DNA of 64,000 nucleotides from a virus. Lineage: Duplodnaviria; Caudoviricetes. The DNA lies in the IMG/VR virus record IMGVR_UViG_3300005365_000003, positions 1 to 64,000 of that record. One strand, 5' to 3'. The notes below the pieces were generated by a model, which saw only the letters and a program-made list of their open reading frames with translations, made no database searches and was not told where the DNA came from. The translations under genes were made by a program, and so were the position numbers. Below are positions 27,450 to 37,050 of the stretch, piece by piece; positions within the stretch are counted from its first letter, which is position 1, and every line of letters starts with the position of its first letter.

Positions 27450-28108
27450 TGCTGGGCCATTGCTTTTGCGATACCAGGGAAGGTTTTACTTGAGTCATTT
27501 TGAGAAATATTTTTGAAGTGAAATGATTGTCCTCTTTTTTTACCGCCCGTGTTCGATGGCAGATATGGTTTATGATCCTGAATGAATTGAGTAGGTTTTA
27601 AACATGGTAAACCGATTAACCACAACAAGGTTTCTTTGCTAAATGGTTCTCCAAACATGAAAGGCTGTATACTTTGGGTGTGCGGAGGTAAGAAAGCAAC
27701 TTTCAAAGGGACTGGATTTTCAATAGCTATTTTACTTATTCGATGCTCTATTGCGCATTCTAAAATATTAATAAAAAATTCCCTAGCTAATTTACACTTT
27801 CTAAATCTCTCTATGTTTATGCTTGTTTCACTCATCCCACTTGGTGTTGTGTGCATCCATCGAGCTCCAGCTTTGCTCATGTACGTACATGGAGGATGCG
27901 CTATAAGCACATCCCAATCCTTTAATTTTATAGCCTCAAAAATATCCATCTGCAAATGCCACTCAGGATGTCCACCCGAACACTCTTGCAGATCGCAACT
28001 ATAAGCTTCGTGTCCTAATTCCCTGAATGCTTTGCATACTGCCTGTGATTCTTCGCATCCCACAAGTACTTTCAATTTATTCCCGTTTATTATTTCTTGT
28101 GGTGTCAT
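27410..28108 (-). CDS. Atypical phage C5 DNA methyltransferase-like protein
   Basis: VLVGCEESQAV..AYSCDL..IAHPPCTY..IENPV..KETLLWL..SKTFPGIAKAMAQQWG. Confidence 0.75.
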   Translation of the reverse strand: MTPQEIINGNKLKVLVGCEESQAVCKAFRELGHEAYSCDLQECSGGHPEWHLQMDIFEAIKLKDWDVLIAHPPCTYMSKAGARWMHTTPSGMSETSINIERFRKCKLAREFFINILECAIEHRISKIAIENPVPLKVAFLPPHTQSIQPFMFGEPFSKETLLWLIGLPCLKPTQFIQDHKPYLPSNTGGKKRGQSFHFKNISQNDSSKTFPGIAKAMAQQWGGLIHNKQQPK

Positions 28109-28117
28109 GGGTTTGCC

Positions 28118-28381
28118 TTAAAATGATGTATTATGCCTTAAGCCAACGTTTGGATTAATTTTTCTTTGAAGTTCTCTGGATAAAAATCTTCGCTCAATCA
28201 TTGCGTATGTTGAAGGGCTTACACATATTAATTTATTTTCATCATACGCCTTTTGCAATAACTCATCGTCTGTAAGATATACAAGTTTCTTTTCTTCCCA
28301 CTCAGGAACTTGAATTTTACCTATTGGAGTTTCAGCATATAAATGCTTACTAATTAAATGAGGGTTAGTTTTAATTTTCAT
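28118..28381 (-). CDS. Hypothetical protein
   Basis: ORF in operon. Confidence 0.55.
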   Translation of the reverse strand: MKIKTNPHLISKHLYAETPIGKIQVPEWEEKKLVYLTDDELLQKAYDENKLICVSPSTYAMIERRFLSRELQRKINPNVGLRHNTSF

Positions 28382-28382
28382 C

Positions 28383-28772
28383 TTACTTATTTTTTAATTG
28401 TTGCTCCCCCAACCACTTCACCGCAGCCTTTATGCCTTCGGTGGAGGCGGTGATGGGGGAATCGTATTCTTCAGTTGTGCTTCTATTTTTATTTGGGAAT
28501 ATAGTCACTCCAATAAATCCATGATTGTAATCTCTGCTTTCAATCTTTATCTTATGCTTTTCCCATAACCATTCCTTAACCTGTTGCCATAATGGAGCAG
28601 CGCAATATCCTGCATGAATATTGTAATAACCATTTCCAGAATTAGTCCAATTACTTAATCCCATTAAAGATTCTTCTCCATCTGTGTTTCTATATGCTGA
28701 AAAACAGATTTCATCAAACCCCAGTTCTTTAAGTATTTTGCTTGTTTTATAGTCGGCGAATAGGTTTTTCAT
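28383..28772 (-). CDS. Hypothetical protein
   Basis: LKELGFDE..AAPLWQQVKEWLWEKH. Confidence 0.65.
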   Translation of the reverse strand: MKNLFADYKTSKILKELGFDEICFSAYRNTDGEESLMGLSNWTNSGNGYYNIHAGYCAAPLWQQVKEWLWEKHKIKIESRDYNHGFIGVTIFPNKNRSTTEEYDSPITASTEGIKAAVKWLGEQQLKNK

Positions 28773-29155
28773 GGGGTTATTGTTTTGGGCGGTTCAGGCA
28801 AAGGCATCCAGTGTGTAACGTCTTCACATGGACAATTCCAATTATCTGAATCAAAAGTTTTTTTATCGTAAAATATTCCATCTTCCGCCCATTCCGCTAT
28901 TGCTTCTTCAGACATCAAGCGACCTATATCAGTAACTTTGTGTTTTGTAAATATAAGCACACATACGTCTTCTTCTGGCAGATTATCTTCCACCGAAATC
29001 CACCTTGATTTTTCAACTTCCATCATCAGCTCCTTAACTTCTTGTTCAGCGTATTCTTTCATGACTTCCACCAAGCTATCTTTAGCTACGAAAGGGATAT
29101 TTGGTATTTTTTTACTTAGAAGCATCTCTTCCGGTGTCTTCTTCATTTTAATCAT
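28769..29155 (-). CDS. DUF551 domain protein
   Basis: WISVEDNLPE..VTHWMPLPEPP. Confidence 0.85.
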   Translation of the reverse strand: MIKMKKTPEEMLLSKKIPNIPFVAKDSLVEVMKEYAEQEVKELMMEVEKSRWISVEDNLPEEDVCVLIFTKHKVTDIGRLMSEEAIAEWAEDGIFYDKKTFDSDNWNCPCEDVTHWMPLPEPPKTITP

Positions 29156-29610
29156 TCTTTTATTAAATATGCCTCAGGAACTATATTTATCCCATCATGC
29201 TTTTCTTGAAACAATGCGTATTTTATTCTCCACGCCCAATGATTTCCTGCTTTATTATGAAAATAATACCTATAACAGAAGTCTCCGCAAGCTGCATTAT
29301 TTTTTTCATTAACCCATATTTTTTCTGTTGCTATCCATCCACCTTGTTTTTCTGATATAAATAATTTACAAATTACTGCGTCTCCTGTATTAATCTGACT
29401 AGAAAACTGCGATCTTATGCTATCCCATGTTTCTCTGTTGGTTTCAGATTTATCTTCTTCATCCTTACGATTAGAGGCGCTACCATGCCCATCATTTTCA
29501 CGCCCAAACACCTCCATCACATCATCCACCGTCTTTTCCGGATTGTCGGATTGACAGCGGGCGATTATGGCTATGAGGCGGGAGCGGAGATTGACATTAT
29601 TGTCATTCAT
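29152..29610 (-). CDS. Hypothetical protein
   Basis: ORF in operon. Confidence 0.55.
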   Translation of the reverse strand: MNDNNVNLRSRLIAIIARCQSDNPEKTVDDVMEVFGRENDGHGSASNRKDEEDKSETNRETWDSIRSQFSSQINTGDAVICKLFISEKQGGWIATEKIWVNEKNNAACGDFCYRYYFHNKAGNHWAWRIKYALFQEKHDGINIVPEAYLIKE

Positions 29611-29870
29611 TTTTTCATATGTTTAGGCCGATCAGATAAAAGTATTGCCTGGGGATATTTAGTATTCATTGCCTTTTTATTGAACCTGTCTAATTCAAAC
29701 ATCTCAAACTTTATCGGACCGACACCAGAGATAATGTGTTTTTCTTTATCTTTCATTACCTTAATTTTCCTTATATGGTCTATATGTTTTATTCCCATAA
29801 AAGAATCAATGAAAATTTCTAATTCAGGATCAAATTTTTGTAAATGATTTATTAGTTCTCTTGCATTCAT
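29607..29870 (-). CDS. Hypothetical protein
   Basis: MNARELINHLQKFDPELEI. Confidence 0.6.
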   Translation of the reverse strand: MNARELINHLQKFDPELEIFIDSFMGIKHIDHIRKIKVMKDKEKHIISGVGPIKFEMFELDRFNKKAMNTKYPQAILLSDRPKHMKK

Positions 29871-30061
29871 GGCAATAAAATCTTACTCTCACACTCCGGA
29901 CACCTATTAAAATCCCCCACCTCTTCCGCCCCTCCTATCCACCCGCACTTGTCACACTTGCAAGGGTTGCATCTGTAGATCATTATAGAGAAAAATACTA
30001 TAGCGCAGATTATTCCTATAATCAGACCGGCAAATGCAATATATACTCCTGGCATAATCAC
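29867..30061 (-). CDS. Small membrane-anchored zinc-ribbon protein
   Basis: TM helix then CDKCGW..CPECES. Confidence 0.55.
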   Translation of the reverse strand: MIMPGVYIAFAGLIIGIICAIVFFSIMIYRCNPCKCDKCGWIGGAEEVGDFNRCPECESKILLP

Positions 30062-30540
30062 TGATTAGCTGCTGTCTTAATAACTTTCCACTTGCCTGTT
30101 TTTATGTCTTTATTTGCCATCCATCCTTCTCCTGTAACTTCCACACCAGATTTGAAAGGGATATCTGGTTGAGTGTTTTTTTCTTCAAGCCACTGATCTA
30201 TCTCTGACTTCATTTTTGAAGTGATGTATGGAGAAGTGGACGCAAGCCATATATCTCCTTGTTGGGTGTACAGATTATTGCCGGTGCTGTCTGTAACTTC
30301 GAACCAATTGTTTAAAGATGAATATTGAGAGTGTGCTGGAACACAAGCGGACAGGAATATAGTAATTCCTATAAGGAGGATTAGTATTTTCATAATTGAT
30401 TGGTGTATTAGTTTGTTTACTATAAACCTAATGGATACATTTATTTTTTGCTCTTTATAAGATTCTTTTACCTCTCTTATTTTCTTGGTGGATTCCTTGT
30501 CGAAAAGTACCGAAGCGTATATTGTTTCTTTCTTTGCCAT
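30058..30540 (-). CDS. RHH-like N-terminus in frame with a lipoprotein-like ORF (internal ATG at 30393)
   Basis: MAKKETIYASVLFD..; MKILILLIGITIFLSAC lipobox; minus-strand TATATTTG at 30545-30552. Confidence 0.55.
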   Translation of the reverse strand: MAKKETIYASVLFDKESTKKIREVKESYKEQKINVSIRFIVNKLIHQSIMKILILLIGITIFLSACVPAHSQYSSLNNWFEVTDSTGNNLYTQQGDIWLASTSPYITSKMKSEIDQWLEEKNTQPDIPFKSGVEVTGEGWMANKDIKTGKWKVIKTAANQ

Positions 30541-30619
30541 AGAACAAATATACAACTTTTTAGATACATACAACATTTGTATAAAAAATATATTTTTATT
30601 ACACTAATCAAATAATTAC

Positions 30620-30627
30620 TATCTTTG
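30620..30627 (+). promoter_or_regulatory. Promoter -7 element
   Basis: TATCTTTG, 4 bp before ATG 30632. Confidence 0.65.
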
Positions 30628-30631
30628 TGGC

Positions 30632-30901
30632 ATGGAAAAGATGTATATCCCTAAAATTCGAAAAATAAGTATAGGAGAAAACCCCATAGCCGAGAGAGGC
30701 AAGGTGCTGACTATAGAATTAGGCCAAAGATTTAATCTAGGAAAAAACAATGTCATTGTCTCGTCTATTGTAGTTGATGAAAACTCATTTTACTTCTTTG
30801 GGTGCGTTAGATATTGCATATATGTGACCAAAAATGACGAAAACGAGGTATTATGGAAAATGTTTGAACGAGTTCCTGTGTCAATTGAGTGTGAAATTTA
30901 A
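30632..30901 (+). CDS. Hypothetical protein
   Basis: KIRKISIG..WKMFERVPVSIECEI; first gene of morphogenesis block. Confidence 0.7.
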   Translation: MEKMYIPKIRKISIGENPIAERGKVLTIELGQRFNLGKNNVIVSSIVVDENSFYFFGCVRYCIYVTKNDENEVLWKMFERVPVSIECEI

Positions 30902-30910
30902 TTAAATACA

Positions 30911-31783
30911 ATGATAAAACCATTAAAAAACACCTACTTGGTATCCGCTGATCCGGATAAATATTCCAAGCGCGAATCAGGAATTAATGTGGACACCAGT
31001 TGGAATAAATACGACTGGGCTACGCAGGATGGAATCATAGAATCTGTGCCAACCTTTGTTGAAGAAACTCCGCGTGACACATCGAAGAGATACAAAACAG
31101 ACGTAGAAATATCTGTAGGTGATAAAGTCTATTTTCATCATTTTGTCGTTGCTGACGACATGAAAATAACTAGCGGTGATAAAGTTTATTACAAACTCCC
31201 TCGCTACCACATGTACTGCGTTGTTAAGAACTTAAATATCATCATGCTTGATTATTGGGTTCTTGTCTCTCCTATAATGGAAAAAGAAGAGGACATAATC
31301 AAGGAGTTTGGGACATTAAAATTATGGACAAAGACTGCGCCTGGAGAAATAAATCTTATGGGAAAGGTGGAGCATGTGTCAACCGCTGGTATAGAGCAAG
31401 GGATAAATAAGGGGGATACTATTCTTTTCAAAAAAGATTCTGAATACAAAATGACAATAGAAGGAAATGATTATTATAGAATGGAGCTGGCAAATGTTGT
31501 CGCTGTCATAAGGGACAATAAGCCATTTCCTCTCAGGGACGAGATAATTGTTCGTAATAACAGCACTAAAGAGCAGATCAGACCATCCGGGCTCATCATA
31601 CCAACAAAACCAGCCAGGGAGCAGATTGAGAAAGTAGAGGCAGTGGGGATACAGGATGAAGAAGAACAGTTTTTAGTTGGAGATGAAGTAATGTTTCATC
31701 ATCATACTGGTTCGAAGGTTGAATATGCAGGAAACAAGTATGTTGTACTCAGGCAGTTGGAGGTGATTGGAGCAATGAAATAA
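30911..31783 (+). CDS. Co-chaperonin GroES-like protein with three tandem domains
   Basis: IKPLKNTYLV..VGDKVYF; LDYWVLV..KGDTILF; PLRDEIIV..SGLIIP..VGDEVMF..YVVLRQLEVIG. Confidence 0.7.
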   Translation: MIKPLKNTYLVSADPDKYSKRESGINVDTSWNKYDWATQDGIIESVPTFVEETPRDTSKRYKTDVEISVGDKVYFHHFVVADDMKITSGDKVYYKLPRYHMYCVVKNLNIIMLDYWVLVSPIMEKEEDIIKEFGTLKLWTKTAPGEINLMGKVEHVSTAGIEQGINKGDTILFKKDSEYKMTIEGNDYYRMELANVVAVIRDNKPFPLRDEIIVRNNSTKEQIRPSGLIIPTKPAREQIEKVEAVGIQDEEEQFLVGDEVMFHHHTGSKVEYAGNKYVVLRQLEVIGAMK

Positions 31784-32000
31784 CATCCATATCTAGTGCG
31801 GTAGCTAATGCTATAATATTCTTTAATGTAATATTGTCAGCCGTACCTCTTTCAATATTATATAGTGCAGATACACTTATTCCGCTTCTTATTATAATAT
31901 CTACCGAATCCCATTCCTTTTTTTCTTTTTCTTCTTTTAATTTTGTGGAGATTCGAGTCATCAGCTCCTTAAGCAATAACTCATTTTTTATTCTATCCAT
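31749..32000 (-). CDS. XRE HTH regulator
   Basis: SGISVSALYNIERG..ITLKNIIALATALDMDVISLL. Confidence 0.85.
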   Translation of the reverse strand: MDRIKNELLLKELMTRISTKLKEEKEKKEWDSVDIIIRSGISVSALYNIERGTADNITLKNIIALATALDMDVISLLQSPPTA

Positions 32001-32030
32001 TTAATTAAATTTTTTTATAATAATTTCGAT

Positions 32031-32055
32031 TACAAATATATGATTTATATTTGTA
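32031..32055. promoter_or_regulatory. Back-to-back promoters forming a perfect palindrome
   Basis: tacaaatata-tgatt-tatatttgta; TATATTTG on each strand. Confidence 0.75.
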
Positions 32056-32073
32056 TTATAAATTCAGTACACA

Positions 32074-32859
32074 ATGTCATCTATAAATACATCCTTCCCT
32101 GTAACACAAACATCCTCTGGTGTTGTATTCGATATATGCTCAGAAGACATTAACATGGTCCTTCCTGTAAGCGGATCATCAGGAAGCAATGTGTTCTACA
32201 TGATAGACAGGTCTACTGCGGCCAATATTTTTGTAAACGAAACCCCTGCTGCGATAAAAACTGCCTCTGAAAATCTTATTCCACTTACCAATACCTCAAA
32301 CTCTACTGTATTCTATATGAATCCGGATAAGATTGCGGAACTTATAGACAATGGTAGCGGCACAAAGATCATATTTACTCCTGGTAATCAAACTACAGAG
32401 GTTTATATTGTTGACGAATCTCGTATTGTTATTAGGGCACTTATTGCAGCAGTGGGACCAGTCCTTACTCCATTCTCATATCTTATCGGAGCTCCAGGAG
32501 TTACAGGAGTTGACTACAACTTCACTTCTGCCGCAAATACAACAGAACAGTCAATACAGCTTGGCGCAACAACTATTATAGGATCAAATGATGCTGTTGT
32601 ATCAATCGTTATAGAGTGTATAACAGATATGAATGCGGCAATAACAGGGGTTTTGGATGTTGGTCGTACTTCCGGATCGGACGAATACGTCTCTTCAACT
32701 CCTTCTCCAACAGTAGGATTCCCTATATCTGTTAGTCAGACAGTATATCCGTCCACTTCTGCCACTTCTGTATACTACAGCATGACCCCTAGTGCGAACT
32801 GGAGTACCATGTCGGCAGGAAAATGGAGAGTAACAGTAATCAGAGAAAACATACAATAA
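32074..32859 (+). CDS. Putative virion structural protein (paralog A)
   Basis: S/T/G-rich; N-terminal ~125 aa similar to next gene (ETPAAI..TAS..LI.LT). Confidence 0.6.
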   Translation: MSSINTSFPVTQTSSGVVFDICSEDINMVLPVSGSSGSNVFYMIDRSTAANIFVNETPAAIKTASENLIPLTNTSNSTVFYMNPDKIAELIDNGSGTKIIFTPGNQTTEVYIVDESRIVIRALIAAVGPVLTPFSYLIGAPGVTGVDYNFTSAANTTEQSIQLGATTIIGSNDAVVSIVIECITDMNAAITGVLDVGRTSGSDEYVSSTPSPTVGFPISVSQTVYPSTSATSVYYSMTPSANWSTMSAGKWRVTVIRENIQ

Positions 32860-32878
32860 CAAATAAAAATCATATCAA

Positions 32879-33802
32879 ATGTCAGCAACATCCCGTACCT
32901 TCAACGTAACAGACTCCTCAACAGGAGCAACCCAGGATATATCCGCTATCAATATTGTTCTCGTAACAGCTGATGGATCAGGATCAAAGATCCTTTATGC
33001 GTCAACGGACTCTCCTACACCTATTCAGCTAAAGGTAACCGAAACACCGGCGGCTATCAACACAGCATCTCAATATCTGATTGCTCTGACTGATACTGCA
33101 ACATCTGGCGTGTTTTACTTAAATATTGACCGCATCAACCCGGACATTATAACTAATGGAACCGGATCCAATGTGTATTATAACATGGGATTTTCTGAGG
33201 CTCACATGTTTACGGTAAACGAATCCAGGACTGCTATCAGGACAGCTATTGCATCTGTAGCATCTGGAGGTGGAGGCGGAGCTGGTTTAACTACCCCTGT
33301 TTCTACGGTGTCTATCGTAGAATACGGTGATGGACGCGACTTTGTTACTGAGTTAACACTTACAAACTTTGTGGTAGGAGCTCTTGCTGGGGCAGCTGCT
33401 GCGCTTGGCGTAGGAAATATTGTTGCAACATATCCTGCCGGACAGCATTTTGAGTTGGTAAATTCATTTGCGGCATTGTCGTTAAAGTGCGCCGGTACAG
33501 CAGTAGCTACAGACACAGGTCTTGGATCGGTTATCGCGTCAGGAGCGGTATCTGTACTGAGCGGAACAGCGACTTTTGAAGATCGCTTAACTGGTCAAAC
33601 CATCACAACTTCCCCAACAGGCGGAACAGCGGTGTCGAACGTGCTTTGCGCAACAGCGGGTATAGGCACAGGCATATCACTCAATGTGGCGGGTAGCGTG
33701 AAGAACGTCTTCTTGAACTCAGCCGGAACTTTTAATGTAAACAACACCGGAAATCTCACTGCAACAGGGGTAATCATCCTTAAGTGGGTGAAGATGAGTT
33801 AA
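32879..33802 (+). CDS. Putative virion structural protein (paralog B)
   Basis: Shared N-terminal domain, poly-G linker, beta-rich C-terminus. Confidence 0.6.
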   Translation: MSATSRTFNVTDSSTGATQDISAINIVLVTADGSGSKILYASTDSPTPIQLKVTETPAAINTASQYLIALTDTATSGVFYLNIDRINPDIITNGTGSNVYYNMGFSEAHMFTVNESRTAIRTAIASVASGGGGGAGLTTPVSTVSIVEYGDGRDFVTELTLTNFVVGALAGAAAALGVGNIVATYPAGQHFELVNSFAALSLKCAGTAVATDTGLGSVIASGAVSVLSGTATFEDRLTGQTITTSPTGGTAVSNVLCATAGIGTGISLNVAGSVKNVFLNSAGTFNVNNTGNLTATGVIILKWVKMS

Positions 33803-33834
33803 TAAAATATTGCTTGTCGTGATTTATGGTTGTA

Positions 33835-33866
33835 AAAAGCCGGGTAGTAAAATGTTCGGCTTTTTT
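33835..33866 (+). terminator. Intrinsic terminator
   Basis: aaaagccgg..ttcggctttttt; next promoter TACCTTTG at 33870-33877. Confidence 0.8.
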
Positions 33867-33901
33867 CTTTACCTTTGTGTTAATTAAATTTAATTGACAT
33901 T

Positions 33902-34297
33902 ATGAAGCGACCAACAACTCCTATCCGAGACAAATCAATCCTGTCTTACATTGAATACCTTGAAGACAGGTTGTCTAAGTACGAAAAGTCTCCTTACGTT
34001 AAGTCTTATCTTACAGTTCTTGGTCAAATAAATGACTGGAACGATCAGCTTACTATTAAAAAAGTGATTGTTGAAGGAATGGGAGAGCAAACTGTTGGTA
34101 AAATAAATTTATTTGCCGATTCTTCCAGTAAAGAGTTTGATAGAGTACATAAATACTTCACTGAAATGAAGCCTTATTTTGAACAGCTTGCTTACCTAAG
34201 AAAGCTAATGACTACAGAGGAGAAGGAAGAGGTGAATAATAATGAAAAGAAGCCGCTATCAGAGGAAAGTGCTGAGAATTATCTTGTCAAATCATAA
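33902..34297 (+). CDS. Candidate terminase small subunit
   Basis: Helical protein immediately upstream of and overlapping TerL; positional inference only. Confidence 0.4.
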   Translation: MKRPTTPIRDKSILSYIEYLEDRLSKYEKSPYVKSYLTVLGQINDWNDQLTIKKVIVEGMGEQTVGKINLFADSSSKEFDRVHKYFTEMKPYFEQLAYLRKLMTTEEKEEVNNNEKKPLSEESAENYLVKS

Positions 34298-36465
34298 TGC
34301 TTATACCTAAGTATAATAATTTCCAACAAGAGAGAAAAATTGGTGAGCATGTTGTTTTTTTACCAGACCCACCTGATATTAAAAAAATAGCCTACCGGGA
34401 TTTACCACAAGATCAACAATTTTTCAGAAGAGTTTATTTACCTAATGATTGGAGTTCCCTTTCAAAAGAGGATAAGAATAAATTTGCTAATGAGCAGTGG
34501 GATATAAGGGGGCGGGAGGGAGAAAAGGGTGAAGGGTTTTGGTTTATGAATAACGGTAATTTAGAGTGGATGTCCCCAACGCATCACTTTTATTCTAATT
34601 GGTGGAGGATAGGAAAAGTAAAGATTCCTAAAGAATATGTGCTTGATCCAAGAGACATTTATTATCCATTCTTTACAGATGCAGATAGAGACTGGCACTA
34701 CCTAGCAGATGATTGTTATTGGAATAAGAATTGCGGAGGATTATTCACTATTGAGTTCAGGAGGGGGGGCAAAACGTACCGCTGCGCTTCTTATCAATAC
34801 GAAAAAGTTTCTAAGACGCATGATGCTAAAGGCGGAACTCAGTCACGGGATGATGCTGATAGCTACAACGTATTTGAAAAAATAATTTACGGATGGAGAA
34901 ATCTTCCTCCATTTTTCAAGCCGGTAGATACCGGGAATAACAACCCTCTTACTTCATTGATATTCGATGAACCTAAAAAGATAAGTACAAAAAATCTTCA
35001 AAAGACTTATTCTGACATTCTACACAGCTGGATAGATTACGGAAATGCCAGTGAAGGTTATTATGATGGTAAGGAGCAAATCATAAATATTCAGGATGAG
35101 ATTGGAAAAATTAATAACAAGCGAGGAATTGATCTTATAGAGAGAATACGGGTTGTTATCGAGTGCTGCTTTATTATGGGAGAGAAGGTGGGAATGGTTC
35201 TTGGAACAACAACTGTAGAAGAACAAGAAAAGGCTGGCGGAAAGCAGGCAAAGGATTTGTATACCAGGTGTACTACTATAGACGAAGAGGCTAGCAGCCT
35301 TCCAAATATATTCCCTACAGGAAAGGCATTGGATGAATTTGGCTTCACTCAGTCTAAAATGAAGAGATACTTTAGGTCATCTAATTACGGTTACCTGGGT
35401 TCTGATATTAACGGAAAATGCTTGGTTGACAGATATGGATATTCTAGGATTAAAGACGCTACAGAGCATTTTTTAAAGAGAAGGAAGAATAAAAAAGGAG
35501 CTGAATTGTCTTCAGAAAAAAGAAAGTTTCCACTTAAAATTGAAGATTGCTGGGTGAGTGATTCTAAAAAGTCGGTTTATGATACTACTAGAATTGAAGA
35601 GCAAATAGAATATAATCAGACTATTCCTAATAGTATGATTGTTACAGGTAATTTTCAATGGAAGGATGGAATAAAAGATACTACTGTAGAATGGAATCCA
35701 AGTCCTGAAGGAATGTGGAAAATTTCATGGCTCCCTAAATTTGAAGACAGAAATAAATTTGATATAGTTTATGGTAAAAAGTCTCCAAAAAACACAGAAA
35801 CAGGATGCTTTGGCTTGGACCCTTATGATAATAAAATAACTGTAGATAATCGTAAGTCGGACGCTGCTTCGTACGGCTTTAGAAAATTTGATCCAATGTA
35901 TCCAAATGAATCAGGAATATTTATTTCTGAATATGTTAATAGACCAAAACTTCCAGAGATCATGTGGGAGCAGATGATAATGCAGGCGGTTTTTTTTGGA
36001 TGGGAGATTTTAATTGAGAATAATCGCATAGGAACTATTAATTACTTTAGGATGCGTGGATTTGAGAAGTATTTAATGAAAAGGCCAGAAGAGACTAAAA
36101 ATGAATCCGGTTATGGATCAAAGAAAGAAGAAGAATATGGGATCGCTCTTTCAGGGGAAGACGCCAGGATGGCGCTTATTTATGCAACAGAAAGCCACAT
36201 TGCATCTAATGTAGGAATGATAGAAAAAGAAAATCAAACCCCTTATATGGGAAAATGTTATTTTGATAAACTGTTAAATCAATGGCTTGATTTCGATTTC
36301 GATAAAAAATGGACCGCCTTCGATTGCATGGTGGGAGCTGGTCTTGCATTACTTGGGTCACGAAAACATATTCCAAAAAAAATTGATAACAAGCCAATAC
36401 AATTATTTCAGCAATATAGAGCAAGCGGAACTGGATATGTGGCTATAAAAAACAATACAAAATAA
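34297..36465 (+). CDS. terL: Terminase large subunit
   Basis: Walker A-like EFRRGGKT, QDEIGK Walker B, nuclease GLDPYD, EILIENN, FDCMVGAGLAL. Confidence 0.9.
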   Translation: MLIPKYNNFQQERKIGEHVVFLPDPPDIKKIAYRDLPQDQQFFRRVYLPNDWSSLSKEDKNKFANEQWDIRGREGEKGEGFWFMNNGNLEWMSPTHHFYSNWWRIGKVKIPKEYVLDPRDIYYPFFTDADRDWHYLADDCYWNKNCGGLFTIEFRRGGKTYRCASYQYEKVSKTHDAKGGTQSRDDADSYNVFEKIIYGWRNLPPFFKPVDTGNNNPLTSLIFDEPKKISTKNLQKTYSDILHSWIDYGNASEGYYDGKEQIINIQDEIGKINNKRGIDLIERIRVVIECCFIMGEKVGMVLGTTTVEEQEKAGGKQAKDLYTRCTTIDEEASSLPNIFPTGKALDEFGFTQSKMKRYFRSSNYGYLGSDINGKCLVDRYGYSRIKDATEHFLKRRKNKKGAELSSEKRKFPLKIEDCWVSDSKKSVYDTTRIEEQIEYNQTIPNSMIVTGNFQWKDGIKDTTVEWNPSPEGMWKISWLPKFEDRNKFDIVYGKKSPKNTETGCFGLDPYDNKITVDNRKSDAASYGFRKFDPMYPNESGIFISEYVNRPKLPEIMWEQMIMQAVFFGWEILIENNRIGTINYFRMRGFEKYLMKRPEETKNESGYGSKKEEEYGIALSGEDARMALIYATESHIASNVGMIEKENQTPYMGKCYFDKLLNQWLDFDFDKKWTAFDCMVGAGLALLGSRKHIPKKIDNKPIQLFQQYRASGTGYVAIKNNTK

Positions 36466-36495
36466 AAACCCCGGATATTTACTTCCAGGGCTTTT
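36465..36495. terminator. Bidirectional intrinsic terminator
   Basis: aaaaccccgga-tatttact-tccagggctttt between convergent genes. Confidence 0.7.
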
Positions 36496-36516
36496 ATTGA
36501 ATGCTATGCTTTAATT

Positions 36517-36723
36517 TTACTCTCTCGAAGCCGTTTCGTCAATCCAATTTTCAACATCGGCATGCCACACTTCTTTTAATCGTTCTTCAACTGAAAGTGA
36601 ACTTAAGGCCACGTTTCCATTCTTATCGGGAACGTTCCAATCTTCAAATCGGGCTTTTCTTTTTTCAGACAACAAGTAAGAGCCAAAACTTACAAGGTCT
36701 TTTCTGTTAAAATAAGTAACCAT
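36517..36723 (-). CDS. Hypothetical protein
   Basis: MVTYFNRKDLVSFGSYLLS..VWHADVENW; minus-strand TATATTTG at 36798-36805. Confidence 0.7.
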   Translation of the reverse strand: MVTYFNRKDLVSFGSYLLSEKRKARFEDWNVPDKNGNVALSSLSVEERLKEVWHADVENWIDETASRE

Positions 36724-36838
36724 TTTGTTTTATTTTTTGATTTTGCCTACTCTTGAAAGGATTTTCGGCTTCCTCCTGCGTATATTATGCGCTTATTCAA
36801 ATATATTAAATATTTTTTTGTTCAATTAAATTATTTTA

Positions 36839-36846
36839 TACATTTG
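36839..36846 (+). promoter_or_regulatory. Promoter -7 element driving the non-coding region
   Basis: TACATTTG. Confidence 0.65.
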
Positions 36847-36852
36847 TATTAC

Positions 36853-37045
36853 CGAATCGAAATAGAAACGAGCAATGCAGGAGTGCAACTCGCCATTGAT
36901 AGATCGGTCGACAAACAGTCGTTCTATGACATACACAAACTTCCTTGAAAAGTTTGAAGTAAAAATACGGGAGGGGCAACTTTCCCTCCATATTTGGCCC
37001 TTCATAAATCTATTCAAGGTGGATTTTTGAGGGGCTTCTTATTTT
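36853..37045 (+). ncRNA. Candidate structured small RNA ending in a terminator-like hairpin
   Basis: Hairpins 36869-36892, 36899-36927, 36936-36956, 36969-36986 (GCAA loop), 36997-37035 + TTCTTATTTT. Confidence 0.55.
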
Positions 37046-37050
37046 TAGTA

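Noticed and set aside
27636-29847. Plus-strand ORFs 27636, 28938 and 29485
   Set aside because: Antisense to well-supported minus-strand genes in a tightly packed operon
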